Shown here in pieces: positions 30,254 to 40,615 of a stretch of DNA of 56,784 bases. A program made the translations under genes and the position numbers. The stretch comes from Candidatus Zapsychrus exili (GTDB lineage: Bacteria; Omnitrophota; Gorgyraeia; Zapsychrales; Zapsychraceae), in contig JAVCCJ010000020.1 in NCBI GenBank assembly GCA_030765585.1, positions 1 to 56,784 of the forward strand. Reading direction: 5' to 3'. Position 1 is the first letter of the stretch, and every line of letters begins with the position of its first letter. The notes under the pieces were generated by a model. The model made no database searches, was not told the origin of the DNA, and saw nothing but the letters and a program-made list of their open reading frames with translations.

Positions 30254-31203
30254 CAGGTTTTGTTGATTGGTTTATTTATGGCATTCTAGGCTTTGATATT
30301 GAATCACAATTAGGAGGGACTATACATTTTTTTATTTATGACTCTCTTAAGATAGGCTTATTGCTTTTCTTTATGATAGCGGTAATAGGCTTTTTGAGAA
30401 GTTATTTGTCAGAAGCTAGAATTAAGAGGTGGATGACAAACGCTGGAATAGTTAAATATTTTTATGCAGCTTTATTTGGAGCTTTTACTCCTTTTTGTTC
30501 ATGTTCGTCGATTCCTATTTTCTTAAGTTTTTTAAAAACAGGTATTCCTATGGGGGTAATGTTTTCTTTTCTTATAACATCTCCTTTGCTTAATGAATAT
30601 TTGGCTGTTTTGATGTTTGGATTTTTTGGTTGGAAAATAGCAGTTGCTTATATTTTTAGCGGAATGTTTATCGGAATTATATCTGGAGTTGTGTTGGGTA
30701 AGATGGGTTTAGAAAAACATTTAATTCAAGACATTGTTGGCGTACAAACAGATATAAATACAAGAGAATATAAAAATTTGCAATCGCGCGTTAAATTTGG
30801 CATTGATGAAGCTTTTTCTATAATTAAGAAAATATGGGCTTGGATTCTTATAAGCATTGCAATAGGGGCGATTATACACAATTATGTTCCGCAAGAAATA
30901 ATTCATGGAATTATTGCAAAGACAGGATGGTTTGCTGTTCCTGTAGCTGTTATTTTAGGAGTTCCGATGTATGGAAGTTGTGCTGCTATTGTTCCGATTG
31001 CGTTTGTACTGTTTCAAAAGGGAGTTCCGATTGGAACAGCGCTAGCTTTTATGATGGCCGTTGCTGCTTTAAGTTTGCCTGAGGCAATTATTTTAAGACG
31101 AGCGATGAAGCTAAAGCTTATTGGTTTGTTTTTTGGCATCACAACTCTTTCAATTATTTTCATAGGATATGTTTTTAATTTTTTACAAACATTGTTAATG
31201 TAA
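30247..31203 (+). CDS. ArsP/DUF318-family permease
   Basis: TPFCSCSSIP, FLITSP, GVPMY, ALSLPE; multi-TM. Confidence 0.9.
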   Translation: MLTGFVDWFIYGILGFDIESQLGGTIHFFIYDSLKIGLLLFFMIAVIGFLRSYLSEARIKRWMTNAGIVKYFYAALFGAFTPFCSCSSIPIFLSFLKTGIPMGVMFSFLITSPLLNEYLAVLMFGFFGWKIAVAYIFSGMFIGIISGVVLGKMGLEKHLIQDIVGVQTDINTREYKNLQSRVKFGIDEAFSIIKKIWAWILISIAIGAIIHNYVPQEIIHGIIAKTGWFAVPVAVILGVPMYGSCAAIVPIAFVLFQKGVPIGTALAFMMAVAALSLPEAIILRRAMKLKLIGLFFGITTLSIIFIGYVFNFLQTLLM

Positions 31204-31213
31204 AGATAACATT

Positions 31214-31573
31214 ATGAACGTTGCTGTAATAGGAGCATCAAACAAACCTGAGAGATATTCCTATAAAGCTTTAATGCTCTTGCAAGAAAATAATCACACC
31301 GTTTTTCCTATTCATAAAAAGTTAGAACTGATAGAAGGGATCAAAGTATTCTCTAGCATTACTGATGTTAACTCTGCGATAGATACTATAACGATGTATG
31401 TTGGACCTGCTATTTCTAGCGAAATTCAAGATGATATTTTATCTTGTAACCCCAGTAGAATTATCTTTAACCCTGGATCAGAAAACCCACAATTAGAGCA
31501 AGCAGCAAGAGATCATGGCGTTGAAGTTGTTTGTGCTTGCACACTTGTTATGCTTAAAATAGGACAATTTTAG
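31214..31573 (+). CDS. CoA-binding domain protein
   Basis: VIGASNKPERYSYKA, IFNPGSEN, ACTLVML. Confidence 0.9.
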   Translation: MNVAVIGASNKPERYSYKALMLLQENNHTVFPIHKKLELIEGIKVFSSITDVNSAIDTITMYVGPAISSEIQDDILSCNPSRIIFNPGSENPQLEQAARDHGVEVVCACTLVMLKIGQF

Positions 31574-32389
31574 ATGTATAAAACTTTATTTATTGTATTA
31601 GCTATTGTTTTTGTTGTGTTTATTTTTAATTTTCCATCTTTAGATAGATCTCGTCTGATGCGCGTTCATTTTATTAATGTAGGATATGGAAGTTCTGTTT
31701 TTATTGAGCTTCCCAATGGTCAAAATTTGCTTGTAGATGCAGGTCCTAAAGGTCAAGCGCAACATTTAATAGAATATATAAAATCCTTAAATATAGGAAA
31801 AATAAATAAAGCAGTGTTAACGCATCCTCATAAAGATCATTTTGGAGGATTCGATGAGATATTTAAACATTTTATAGTAGAAGAGTTTTATTTTAATGGA
31901 GATGAACGCAATCCTCACGAAGGCTATTTTGATGTTATGGCTCAGATCAAAGAAGATGTTGAGCCTAAGGTTTTAAGCAGAGGAGATAGATTAGAGCTTT
32001 TTAGCGGCATAATAATAGAGGTGTTACATCCTAAAAGTTTAACGGGTACGGCTAATGAGGAAGTTATTGTTCTATGGATTGAATATGGGACACAAAGTTT
32101 TCTTTTAACGTCTGATTTACCAGAACAAGAGCAGGGAGAGCTAGTTGATTTATTTCTTAAGTTAGAGAGGGCAAATTTTGTTCAAGTACCACATCATGGC
32201 GGCGCAATTAATGATAAGTTCGCAAGTAGACTTTCTGGTAAAACTTTTATTTTATCTGTTGGAGAAAATGAATATCAAAATCCATCTGTTGAACAGCTTA
32301 ACAAATTAAAAGGTAAGATTGTAAGAACAGACAAAGAAGGTGATGTTGTCATAGAATCCGACGGACGAAAGGCGAAAATTATAAAATGA
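31574..32389 (+). CDS. ComEC/Rec2-like metallo-beta-lactamase-fold hydrolase
   Basis: FINVGYG, LVDAG, THPHKDHFGG, VPHHG, RTD..GDV. Confidence 0.88.
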   Translation: MYKTLFIVLAIVFVVFIFNFPSLDRSRLMRVHFINVGYGSSVFIELPNGQNLLVDAGPKGQAQHLIEYIKSLNIGKINKAVLTHPHKDHFGGFDEIFKHFIVEEFYFNGDERNPHEGYFDVMAQIKEDVEPKVLSRGDRLELFSGIIIEVLHPKSLTGTANEEVIVLWIEYGTQSFLLTSDLPEQEQGELVDLFLKLERANFVQVPHHGGAINDKFASRLSGKTFILSVGENEYQNPSVEQLNKLKGKIVRTDKEGDVVIESDGRKAKIIK

Positions 32390-32922
32390 AGGAGAGACTA
32401 AAACGGTGGGGATCTGTATTTGCGTGGACCACGCTTATTTATTCTACTCTTTATATAGTTAGGCCAATTTGTTCTTTTTTAAAGGAAAATATTCCTTTTA
32501 GTATAGTTGCCAATTTTTTGCTTGTAGCCTTATTCTCTGCAATTATTTTTTTGTTTTTAAGAAAAGTAAAAGTAAGAATGATATCAACCTATGTCTTGCT
32601 TTTATTGATTCTTTCTATGTATTTGTTTGGTTTTATGAGTATTAAAATAACAGAAGAAAAAATACATTTTATTGAGTACGGTATTTTAGTTTTTTTGGTT
32701 TATTGGGCAAGCATAGTTGATTTTAAGGATCCACATTCTTATATAATTGCTTTTTTTGTGGCGTTTTTTGTTGGGTGGGCAGATGAAGGTATACAATATT
32801 TATTACCTAATAGATATTACGACATAAGAGATGTTGTCTTTAATGGCGTGGGAAGCGCGTTGGGACTTTGTCTAATTTTTATAATGAGACGCGAAATTAT
32901 ACAAAAAACCCCCTCTATCTAA
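32386..32922 (+). CDS. VanZ-family membrane protein
   Basis: EKIHFIEYGIL, DEGIQYLLPNR, DVVFN. Confidence 0.85.
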   Translation: MKERLKRWGSVFAWTTLIYSTLYIVRPICSFLKENIPFSIVANFLLVALFSAIIFLFLRKVKVRMISTYVLLLLILSMYLFGFMSIKITEEKIHFIEYGILVFLVYWASIVDFKDPHSYIIAFFVAFFVGWADEGIQYLLPNRYYDIRDVVFNGVGSALGLCLIFIMRREIIQKTPSI

Positions 32923-32940
32923 TTAAAGATAGAGGGGAAA
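32903..32940 (-). terminator. Intrinsic terminator of ferredoxin gene (possibly bidirectional)
   Basis: CCCCTCTATCT-AATTAA-AGATAGAGGGG with T-run on minus strand between convergent genes. Confidence 0.75.
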
Positions 32941-32957
32941 ATTGTTTTAAGGCTTAT

Positions 32958-33125
32958 TTAAGCTTTGATTGCATCAGATGGACAGACTGAAACGCAAGCG
33001 CCACAATCAGTACATTTTTCAGCATCAATAGTATAAATAGGATCGCCTTCACTTATTGCTTCAACAGGGCATTCTGGAATACATGAACCACATGCGATGC
33101 AATCTTCGTTAATTGTATGAGCCAT
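32958..33125 (-). CDS. 2[4Fe-4S] ferredoxin (55 aa, not in ORF track)
   Basis: MAHTINEDCIACGSCIPECPVEAISEGDPIYTIDAEKCTDCGACVSVCPSDAIKA; AAGGAGGT RBS. Confidence 0.96.
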   Translation of the reverse strand: MAHTINEDCIACGSCIPECPVEAISEGDPIYTIDAEKCTDCGACVSVCPSDAIKA

Positions 33126-33253
33126 TAATTACCTCCTTGCTCTATGTTAGGTGTAACATCAACTTGTATTCTTTATTTTTTAGCATAATTATATTTTAAT
33201 TGCAAATAATAACATGTATTTTCTATTTTTTATGTATAATATAAAAATCTAAG

Positions 33254-34081
33254 ATGAAGACAAAACAATACTTTTACTTATATTTATTAATAGCTGCATC
33301 TTTTGTTATGGTATCTTGTGTCAGATTTGAAACAAGGCCGCATGGCTATGTACTGCCTAAAGAAGAAGCGTATTATGAGGAACAAGAGCTAATAATAGAG
33401 TCTGAAGTAGTCCGGTTAGCTGCATCAGAAACAGTTTCTTTTAAAACAGGAAGCAATCTTTCGCATCAAGTAGCGCCAGGAGAGACTGTTTGGCGTTTGG
33501 CAAAAATATATAATGTCAAAGCACAAGATATTATAAGTGCAAATTCACTTAAAAGTGCAACTGATATAAAAATGGGACAACGTCTTATAATTCCAAATGC
33601 ATCATCTCCGAAGGAAATTATACCTCTTTTTCCATCAAAGAAGTGGCAATATATTATCATTCATCATAGCGCAACAGATGAAGGTAATTCTTTGCATTTT
33701 AATAAAGCTCATACTTTAAGGGGTTGGGATAGGGGAGTTGGTTATGATTTTGTTATTGATAATGGTACAAGCGGGAAAAGAGAAGGTCAAATAGAAACAA
33801 CTCCCCGTTGGATTAAGCAGCAAGATGGAGCGCATTGTAAAGCATCAGATATGAATAAAAAGGCAATTGGGATATGTTTAGTAGGTAATTTTAGTGAAGA
33901 TAGAGTGTCAATGAGGCAAATGGAGTCTTTGGTTTTGTTGGTTCGTGTCTTGCAGGATTATTATAAAATTCCAATATCTAAAATATTGGGTCATGGAAAA
34001 GTTCCTGATGCTATAACAGAATGCCCTGGAACAAAGTTTCCTTGGAATGCTTTTATACAAAAACTTAAATCTGCGCAGTAA
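33254..34081 (+). CDS. LysM-domain N-acetylmuramoyl-L-alanine amidase (Amidase_2), probable lipoprotein
   Basis: Lipobox-like MVSC, LysM HQVAPGETVWRLA, IIIHHSAT, GAHC, IGICLVGNF, GH...TECPG. Confidence 0.9.
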   Translation: MKTKQYFYLYLLIAASFVMVSCVRFETRPHGYVLPKEEAYYEEQELIIESEVVRLAASETVSFKTGSNLSHQVAPGETVWRLAKIYNVKAQDIISANSLKSATDIKMGQRLIIPNASSPKEIIPLFPSKKWQYIIIHHSATDEGNSLHFNKAHTLRGWDRGVGYDFVIDNGTSGKREGQIETTPRWIKQQDGAHCKASDMNKKAIGICLVGNFSEDRVSMRQMESLVLLVRVLQDYYKIPISKILGHGKVPDAITECPGTKFPWNAFIQKLKSAQ

Positions 34082-34324
34082 CATTTTCCTATAAATGTTT
34101 TATTGACATAAAGCATAAATTCTTTTAATCTATTACCGTATTTTGGGCCTCAAAATATCTTACCAAACCCGTTGTATCTTATATTATGAGTAATTTCTTT
34201 TCGCATAAAAAAACGCGCAATATGTCTTTGCTACAAGGAATCTTGTTCTTTTTAAGGTTGCTGTGTGGCAGTAAAGCTTATCATTTAATAAAAATTAAAT
34301 TTATTAATATTAAAAGGGAGAGTT

Positions 34325-35842
34325 ATGTCAAAAAAGCAAGGCTTTGATAACGAAAAGTATTTAAAAGAACAAACCGAAGCGATTTTAAAACGGGTTGAGA
34401 GATTTGATAATAAGCTCTATTTAGAGTTTGGCGGGAAATTACTTTTTGATTATCATGCTGCTCGCGTCCTTCCTGGATTTGATCCAAATGTTAAAATGAG
34501 ACTTTTAAAACAGTTAAGCAGTAGTGCTGATATTATTTTGTGTATCTATGCAGGAGACATTGAAAGAAAAAAAGTAAGAGCTGATTTTGGTATAACTTAT
34601 GATGTTGATGCATTGAAACTAATTGATGACCTTAAAGGGTGGGATATTGATGTTTGCGCTGTTGTTATAACGCGCTTTGAAGGTCAACCCGCAGCCACTA
34701 TCTTTAAAAATAAATTAGAACGTCGCAAAATAAAAGTATATACCCATCCGTTTACAGAAGGGTATCCAACGGATGTGGATCTGATTGTTAGTGATAAAGG
34801 GTACGGAGCAAACGCTTATATTGAAACAAAAAATCGTTTGGTTATTGTAACTGGTCCTGGACCAGGAAGTGGAAAACTTGCGACGTGCATGTCACAGCTC
34901 TATCATGAACATAAACATGGAGTAAACGCAGGTTATGCAAAGTTTGAAACATTTCCAATATGGAATTTACCTTTGAAACATCCTGTTAACATTGCATATG
35001 AATGTGCAACAGCTGATATCAAAGATTTTAATTTAATTGACTCGTTTCATTTAGAGGCATATGGCAAGACAACAGTTAATTACAATAGAGACGTTGAAAT
35101 ATTTCCAGTTTTAAAAAGAATATTAGGAAAGATTATGGGAGAAGATATATACAACTCTCCTACTGATATGGGAGTTAATTGCGCTGGGTCTGGAATTGTC
35201 GACGATGAAGTTTGTCGTGAAGCATCGCAACAAGAGGCGATAAGGAGATATTTTAGATATAAATATGAATATATAATGGGCCTAGTTGATCAAGAATCAG
35301 TGCAAAGAGCTGATTTGTTGATGGAAGAAATGGGGGTTCGTGTCGAAGACAGAAAAGTTGTTGAAGCTGCAAGGGCTGCAGCCGCAGATGCAGAGAAAAA
35401 AGGCGGAGGTAATGAGGGAGTTTATTGCGGAGCGGCGATTGAGCTGCATAGCGGAGAAATTGTAACAGGTAAAAATTCGCCTTTGATGCATGCCGCATCA
35501 AGTCTGATTATAAATGTTTTAAAGAAAATGGCAGAGATACCAGATAGAATACCATTATTATCAGAAAATATTATAAAATCTATATCAAATCTTAAGAATA
35601 ATATTTTAGATGCTAAGACAATAAGTTTAGATTTAGATGAGACTTTGATAAGCTTAAGCATTAGTGCTGCTACAAATCCTGCAGCACAGCTAGCTATAGA
35701 AAAGTTAAGTGAATTGCAAGGTTGTGAAGTGCATATAACGCATATTCCAACAGCTGGAGATGAAGCGGGATTAAGAAGATTAGGCGTGAATTTGACTAGT
35801 GATCCTAATTTCTCATCAAAAAGTTTTTGTAAGGCTACATAA
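34325..35842 (+). CDS. DUF1846 (UPF0371) family protein
   Basis: KLYLEFGGKLLFDYHAARVLPGF, GPGPGSGKLATC, YAKFETFPIWNLPLKHPVN. Confidence 0.9.
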   Translation: MSKKQGFDNEKYLKEQTEAILKRVERFDNKLYLEFGGKLLFDYHAARVLPGFDPNVKMRLLKQLSSSADIILCIYAGDIERKKVRADFGITYDVDALKLIDDLKGWDIDVCAVVITRFEGQPAATIFKNKLERRKIKVYTHPFTEGYPTDVDLIVSDKGYGANAYIETKNRLVIVTGPGPGSGKLATCMSQLYHEHKHGVNAGYAKFETFPIWNLPLKHPVNIAYECATADIKDFNLIDSFHLEAYGKTTVNYNRDVEIFPVLKRILGKIMGEDIYNSPTDMGVNCAGSGIVDDEVCREASQQEAIRRYFRYKYEYIMGLVDQESVQRADLLMEEMGVRVEDRKVVEAARAAAADAEKKGGGNEGVYCGAAIELHSGEIVTGKNSPLMHAASSLIINVLKKMAEIPDRIPLLSENIIKSISNLKNNILDAKTISLDLDETLISLSISAATNPAAQLAIEKLSELQGCEVHITHIPTAGDEAGLRRLGVNLTSDPNFSSKSFCKAT

Positions 35843-35893
35843 AGTTTAGGGTAGATAATTTTACGTTTAATTAATTAACAAGAAGAGGTAAAG

Positions 35894-38800
35894 ATGGTAC
35901 GAAGAAAAGACATTAAGAAAGTTCTTATTATTGGTTCTGGTCCTATTATTATAGGGCAAGCTTGTGAATTTGATTATTCAGGAACGCAAGCATGTAAGGC
36001 ATTAAAAGAAGAGGGCTTTGAGGTTGTGTTGGTTAATTCGAATCCAGCTACTATTATGACTGATCCAACGACGGCTGATAAAACATATATTGAACCGCTT
36101 ACTGCAGAAAGTATTGAAGCGATTATTGAAAAAGAACGTCCAGATGGTTTGTTACCTAATTTAGGTGGGCAAACAGGACTTAATTTATCAGCTACTTTAC
36201 ATAAAACTGGAGTGTTGAAAAAATACGGAATTGAAATGATTGGTGTTAAGGCCGATGTTATTGAGCGTGGTGAAGATAGAATTTCATTTAAAGAGACTAT
36301 GGATAAAATTGGGATTGAGATGGCAAAATCTGAGCCGTCTCATTCTGTAGAAGAGGCCGAAGGTATTGCAGAGAAGCTAGGTTATCCGGTCGTGTTGCGT
36401 CCAGCATATACGATGGGAGGAACAGGCGGAGGAATAGCTTATAATGTTGAAGAATTACGTACGATAGTTACTAGAGGATTAGCTGTTAGTCTTGTTGGTC
36501 AGGTTTTGGTTGAAGAATCTGTTTATGGATGGGAAGAACTTGAGCTTGAAGTTGTAAGAGATGATAAAAATAATAAAATCACGGTTTGTTTTATTGAAAA
36601 TATTGATGCAATGGGTGTTCACACTGGAGATAGCTTCTGCTCAGCTCCAATGTTGACCGTACCACAAGAATTGCAAGATCGTATGCAAGACGCCTCGTAT
36701 AAAATAGTTGATGCTATAGGAGTGATCGGTGGTACCAACGTTCAGTTTGCGCATGATCCAGAATCTGATCGCTTGATTGTTATAGAAATTAATCCAAGAA
36801 CCTCGCGTTCGTCTGCGCTTGCATCAAAGGCAACAGGATTTCCTATTGCTCGTATTTCTACAAAACTAGCAGCAGGATTAAATATGGACGAAATTCCATA
36901 TTGGAGAGATGGGACGCTTGATAAATATGTTCCAAGCGGAGAATATGTTGTTATTAAATTTGCTCGTTGGGCATTTGAAAAATTTGCTCAAGCAAAAGAT
37001 ATACTTGGAACTCAGATGAAGGCAGTTGGAGAAGTTATGAGCATTGCAAAAACTTTTCAAGAGTCTTTTCAAAAAGCAATTCGTTCGCTTGAAATTAAAC
37101 AGTATGGATTGGGTTATGCAAAGAATTACAATGAACTTTCATTAGATGAAATAAAGAAGAAGTTGGCATATCCGTCGAGCCAGAGAGTATTTTTAATGTA
37201 TGAAGCTTTAAGAAAAGGAATGGACGTGCAAGAACTCCATAAGCTTACATACATAGGAGTTTATTTTATTAATGCAATGAAAGAATTGGTTGATTATGAG
37301 GAAGAAATAACAAAGGTAAAATTTAAAGACTTGTCAGTTGATAAATTAAAGAAAGCAAAGCAGCTAGGGTTTGCAGATAAATATCTGGCTAAAGTGTTTG
37401 GTGTGGATGAAAAGCAGGTAAGAGACACAAGAATAAAGGCTGGCATTATTGCAAAATATGAGCCTGTTCCTGTTAGTGGCGTCAATGATGCAGCATACTA
37501 TTACTCAACATATGCTGATGTTGAAGACCAAGTTACTGTTTCAAAAAATAAAAAGATTATGATTTTAGGTGGCGGGCCAAATAGAATAGGTCAAGGTATT
37601 GAGTTTGATTATACTTGCGTGCATGCCGCATTCACTTTAAGAGATGCAGGGTATGAATCTATTATGGTTAATTGTAATCCTGAGACTGTTTCAACAGATT
37701 ATGATACATCTAATAAACTTTATTTTGAACCTTTAACTGTTGAGGATGTATTAAGCATTTATGAAAAAGAAAAACCAGAAGGCGTTATTGTTCAGTTTGG
37801 CGGACAGACTCCTTTAAATATTGCACAAGAATTAAAAGATAACGGAGTTCCTATTTTAGGAACAACACCAGAAAGTATTGATTTCGCAGAGGATCGCGAA
37901 CGTTTTAGAGAAAAAATGATAACACTTGGAATTCCTCAGCCAGAAAGTGATACAGCAAGGTCTTTAGATCAAGCTTTAAAGATTGCTGATAAAATTGGAT
38001 ATCCTTTGATGGTTCGTCCTTCTTATGTGTTAGGTGGACGAGGAATGGAAGTTATTTATGAAGAAGAATCTTTAAGAAAATATGCAACAGAGGCAATTAA
38101 TGTAAGCCCTGAGCACCCTATGCTTATTGATAGATTCTTAGAGCAGGCAACAGAAGCAGAAGTTGATGCTATTTCTGATGGAGAAGATTCTTTTGTAGCA
38201 TCTATTATGGAACATATTGAGCTTGCTGGTGTTCATAGTGGAGATTCAGCATGCTCTATTCCAAGTAGAACCATTAAAAAAGAACATATAGAAACAATAA
38301 AAGATTATACAAAGAAAATAGCAAAAGAATTAAAAGTAATTGGTTTGATTAATATTCAATTTGCTATTTGCGATGATAAAGTTTATATCTTGGAAGCCAA
38401 TCCTCGTGCGTCAAGAACGGTTCCTATTGTTTCAAAGATAGCAGGCATATCTTTGGCAAGAATGGCAACAGAAATTATGTTAGGAAAGAAAGTAAAGGAT
38501 CTTCCAAAGTTTGATGTTGATAATATTCCTTACGTAGGGGTTAAAGAGTCAGTGTTTCCATTTAATATGTTTCCTGAGGTTGATCCAATATTAGGACCTG
38601 AGATGAGAGCAACAGGTGAGGTTATGGGAATAGCAGATACTTTTGGTATGGCATTTTATAAAGCCCAAGAATCAGCAGGATATAAATTGCCTTCTGAAGG
38701 CAATGTTTTAATTACAATAGCAAAGCGAGATAGAAAAGTTCTTCTTCCTATTGCAAAAAAGATAGAAGCCTTAGGTTTTACTATTCTTGCAACAGAAGGA

Positions 38801-39103
38801 ACAAGTAAGTTTTTAGATGAAAATGGTGTCAAGAGTACCGTTGCTAAGAAATTGCATGAAGGTCGTCCTAACATAGCAGATGCAATCAAAAATAATGAGC
38901 TAGCTCTTATACTCAACACACCAATTGGAAAAGACAGTCAACATGATGATAGCTACATAAGAATGATGGCAATACAAAAGAAGATTCCTTATGTTACATC
39001 TATTGCCGCAGCAGAAGCAACAGTTGCTGGAATAGAGGCAATGAAGACTGGAGATAAATCTCCTAAATCATTGCAAGAGTATCATGCATTATTGAATAAA
39101 TAA
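35894..39103 (+). CDS. carB: Carbamoyl-phosphate synthase large subunit
   Basis: IGSGPIIIGQACEFDYSG, two ATP-grasp halves, GGGPNRIGQGIEFDY, MGS domain; 1069 aa. Confidence 0.98.
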   Translation: MVRRKDIKKVLIIGSGPIIIGQACEFDYSGTQACKALKEEGFEVVLVNSNPATIMTDPTTADKTYIEPLTAESIEAIIEKERPDGLLPNLGGQTGLNLSATLHKTGVLKKYGIEMIGVKADVIERGEDRISFKETMDKIGIEMAKSEPSHSVEEAEGIAEKLGYPVVLRPAYTMGGTGGGIAYNVEELRTIVTRGLAVSLVGQVLVEESVYGWEELELEVVRDDKNNKITVCFIENIDAMGVHTGDSFCSAPMLTVPQELQDRMQDASYKIVDAIGVIGGTNVQFAHDPESDRLIVIEINPRTSRSSALASKATGFPIARISTKLAAGLNMDEIPYWRDGTLDKYVPSGEYVVIKFARWAFEKFAQAKDILGTQMKAVGEVMSIAKTFQESFQKAIRSLEIKQYGLGYAKNYNELSLDEIKKKLAYPSSQRVFLMYEALRKGMDVQELHKLTYIGVYFINAMKELVDYEEEITKVKFKDLSVDKLKKAKQLGFADKYLAKVFGVDEKQVRDTRIKAGIIAKYEPVPVSGVNDAAYYYSTYADVEDQVTVSKNKKIMILGGGPNRIGQGIEFDYTCVHAAFTLRDAGYESIMVNCNPETVSTDYDTSNKLYFEPLTVEDVLSIYEKEKPEGVIVQFGGQTPLNIAQELKDNGVPILGTTPESIDFAEDRERFREKMITLGIPQPESDTARSLDQALKIADKIGYPLMVRPSYVLGGRGMEVIYEEESLRKYATEAINVSPEHPMLIDRFLEQATEAEVDAISDGEDSFVASIMEHIELAGVHSGDSACSIPSRTIKKEHIETIKDYTKKIAKELKVIGLINIQFAICDDKVYILEANPRASRTVPIVSKIAGISLARMATEIMLGKKVKDLPKFDVDNIPYVGVKESVFPFNMFPEVDPILGPEMRATGEVMGIADTFGMAFYKAQESAGYKLPSEGNVLITIAKRDRKVLLPIAKKIEALGFTILATEGTSKFLDENGVKSTVAKKLHEGRPNIADAIKNNELALILNTPIGKDSQHDDSYIRMMAIQKKIPYVTSIAAAEATVAGIEAMKTGDKSPKSLQEYHALLNK

Positions 39104-39129
39104 ATTAAATATAGAAGGAGAAAAAGATA

Positions 39130-40581
39130 ATGAGTGGAATTTTCGGAGCAATATCTAAAGACGATTGTGCAAAGACTTTATTTTATGGAATAGATTATCA
39201 TTCACATCTTGGAACAGAATATGGTGGAATAGCTGTTTTAGATAAAGAATTTAAACGTCAAATTCATAGTATAAGCCAAAGCCAATTTAAATCTAAGTTC
39301 TATGAAGATCATAAGCGTATGGTAGGTCCTAAAGGAATTGGTGCTATTAGCGATTTTGATGAACAGCCAATATACCTGAATTCTAAGTTTGGACCATTTT
39401 GTATAGTAACAGCTGGTCTTATTGAGAATAAAGCAGATCTTGAAGCCTTGCTTTTCAGCAAAGGTATTTCTTTTAGTGAAGTAAGTCAGAATGGTGAGCT
39501 TAACACAACTGAGCTTGTTGCAAAGCTAATAAGCTTAGGTGATAATCTTATACACGGAATTGAGCTTATGTTCGACGCTATTGAAGGGTCATGTTCGCTT
39601 CTTCTTCTTAATAAAGATGGTATTTATGCTGCTCGCGATAGACTTGGATATACTCCTTTGACCATAGGAAAAAAAGAGAATGATTGGATAGTTGCATCAG
39701 AAACAAATTCTTTTGCTAATCTTGGTTTTTCAATAGAACAATATTTAAAACCAGGAGAGGTAGTACTTTTAAATGAAAAGGGATTGTTATCTCAGAGAAA
39801 AGGCACAGAAGAGAGCCAGATTTGTTCCTTCCTCTGGATATATACTGGTTTTCCTGCATCAAATTATGAAGGTATCAATACTGAAACTGTTCGCGAACGT
39901 TGCGGACGTGCATTAGCAAAACAAGACAAAGATATTGAGGCAGATGTTGTTGCTGGCGTGCCAGATTCTGGAACAGCACATGCAATAGGTTATGCTATGG
40001 AATCAGGTAAGCCATATAGAAGGCCTTTAGTTAAATATACTCCAGGATATGGAAGAAGTTATACTCCTCCATCTCAAGAGACGAGAGATCTTATTGCTAC
40101 GATGAAACTTATTGCTATCGACGAGATCATAAAAGATAATAAGGTTATTATTTGTGAGGATTCAATTGTAAGAGGAACACAATTGAAGAATTTTACAGTT
40201 AATAAGCTTTGGAACGCAGGGGCAAAAGAAATTCATGTTAGACCTGCTTGTCCACCTTTAATGTTTCCTTGTAAGTTCTGTTTGTCTACTAGAAGTATTG
40301 ATGAATTAGCGGCCCGAAAAGCCATTCGCGATATTGAGGGCAAGGACATAGAAGATGTTTCAGAATATCTTGATACTACTTCAGAAAAATATAAAAAGAT
40401 GGTCGATTGGATTAGAAAAGATATTGAGGTGACTACCTTAAGATATTTAAGAATAGAAGACATGATTGAAGCAATTGGTCTTCCTAAGGAAAAGATTTGT
40501 CTATATTGTTGGAACGGAAAATGTCCAGGCTCTGAATGTTCGTCTAAAAAAGACCTTGCAAAAGAAGGTGCTGTTAAATAA
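39130..40581 (+). CDS. Amidophosphoribosyltransferase-like protein with degenerate glutaminase domain
   Basis: PRT motifs VPDSG and EDSIVRGT and Fe-S Cys retained; starts MSG rather than MCG. Confidence 0.85.
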   Translation: MSGIFGAISKDDCAKTLFYGIDYHSHLGTEYGGIAVLDKEFKRQIHSISQSQFKSKFYEDHKRMVGPKGIGAISDFDEQPIYLNSKFGPFCIVTAGLIENKADLEALLFSKGISFSEVSQNGELNTTELVAKLISLGDNLIHGIELMFDAIEGSCSLLLLNKDGIYAARDRLGYTPLTIGKKENDWIVASETNSFANLGFSIEQYLKPGEVVLLNEKGLLSQRKGTEESQICSFLWIYTGFPASNYEGINTETVRERCGRALAKQDKDIEADVVAGVPDSGTAHAIGYAMESGKPYRRPLVKYTPGYGRSYTPPSQETRDLIATMKLIAIDEIIKDNKVIICEDSIVRGTQLKNFTVNKLWNAGAKEIHVRPACPPLMFPCKFCLSTRSIDELAARKAIRDIEGKDIEDVSEYLDTTSEKYKKMVDWIRKDIEVTTLRYLRIEDMIEAIGLPKEKICLYCWNGKCPGSECSSKKDLAKEGAVK

Positions 40582-40615
40582 AATAGGATATTATTTTTAC
40601 AGAAAGGGGAAGTAA

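Noticed and set aside
34186..34347. 53-codon ORF or riboswitch in the DUF1846 leader
   Set aside because: No RBS, no recognisable motif, and I could not identify a purine, PyrR or other known leader fold
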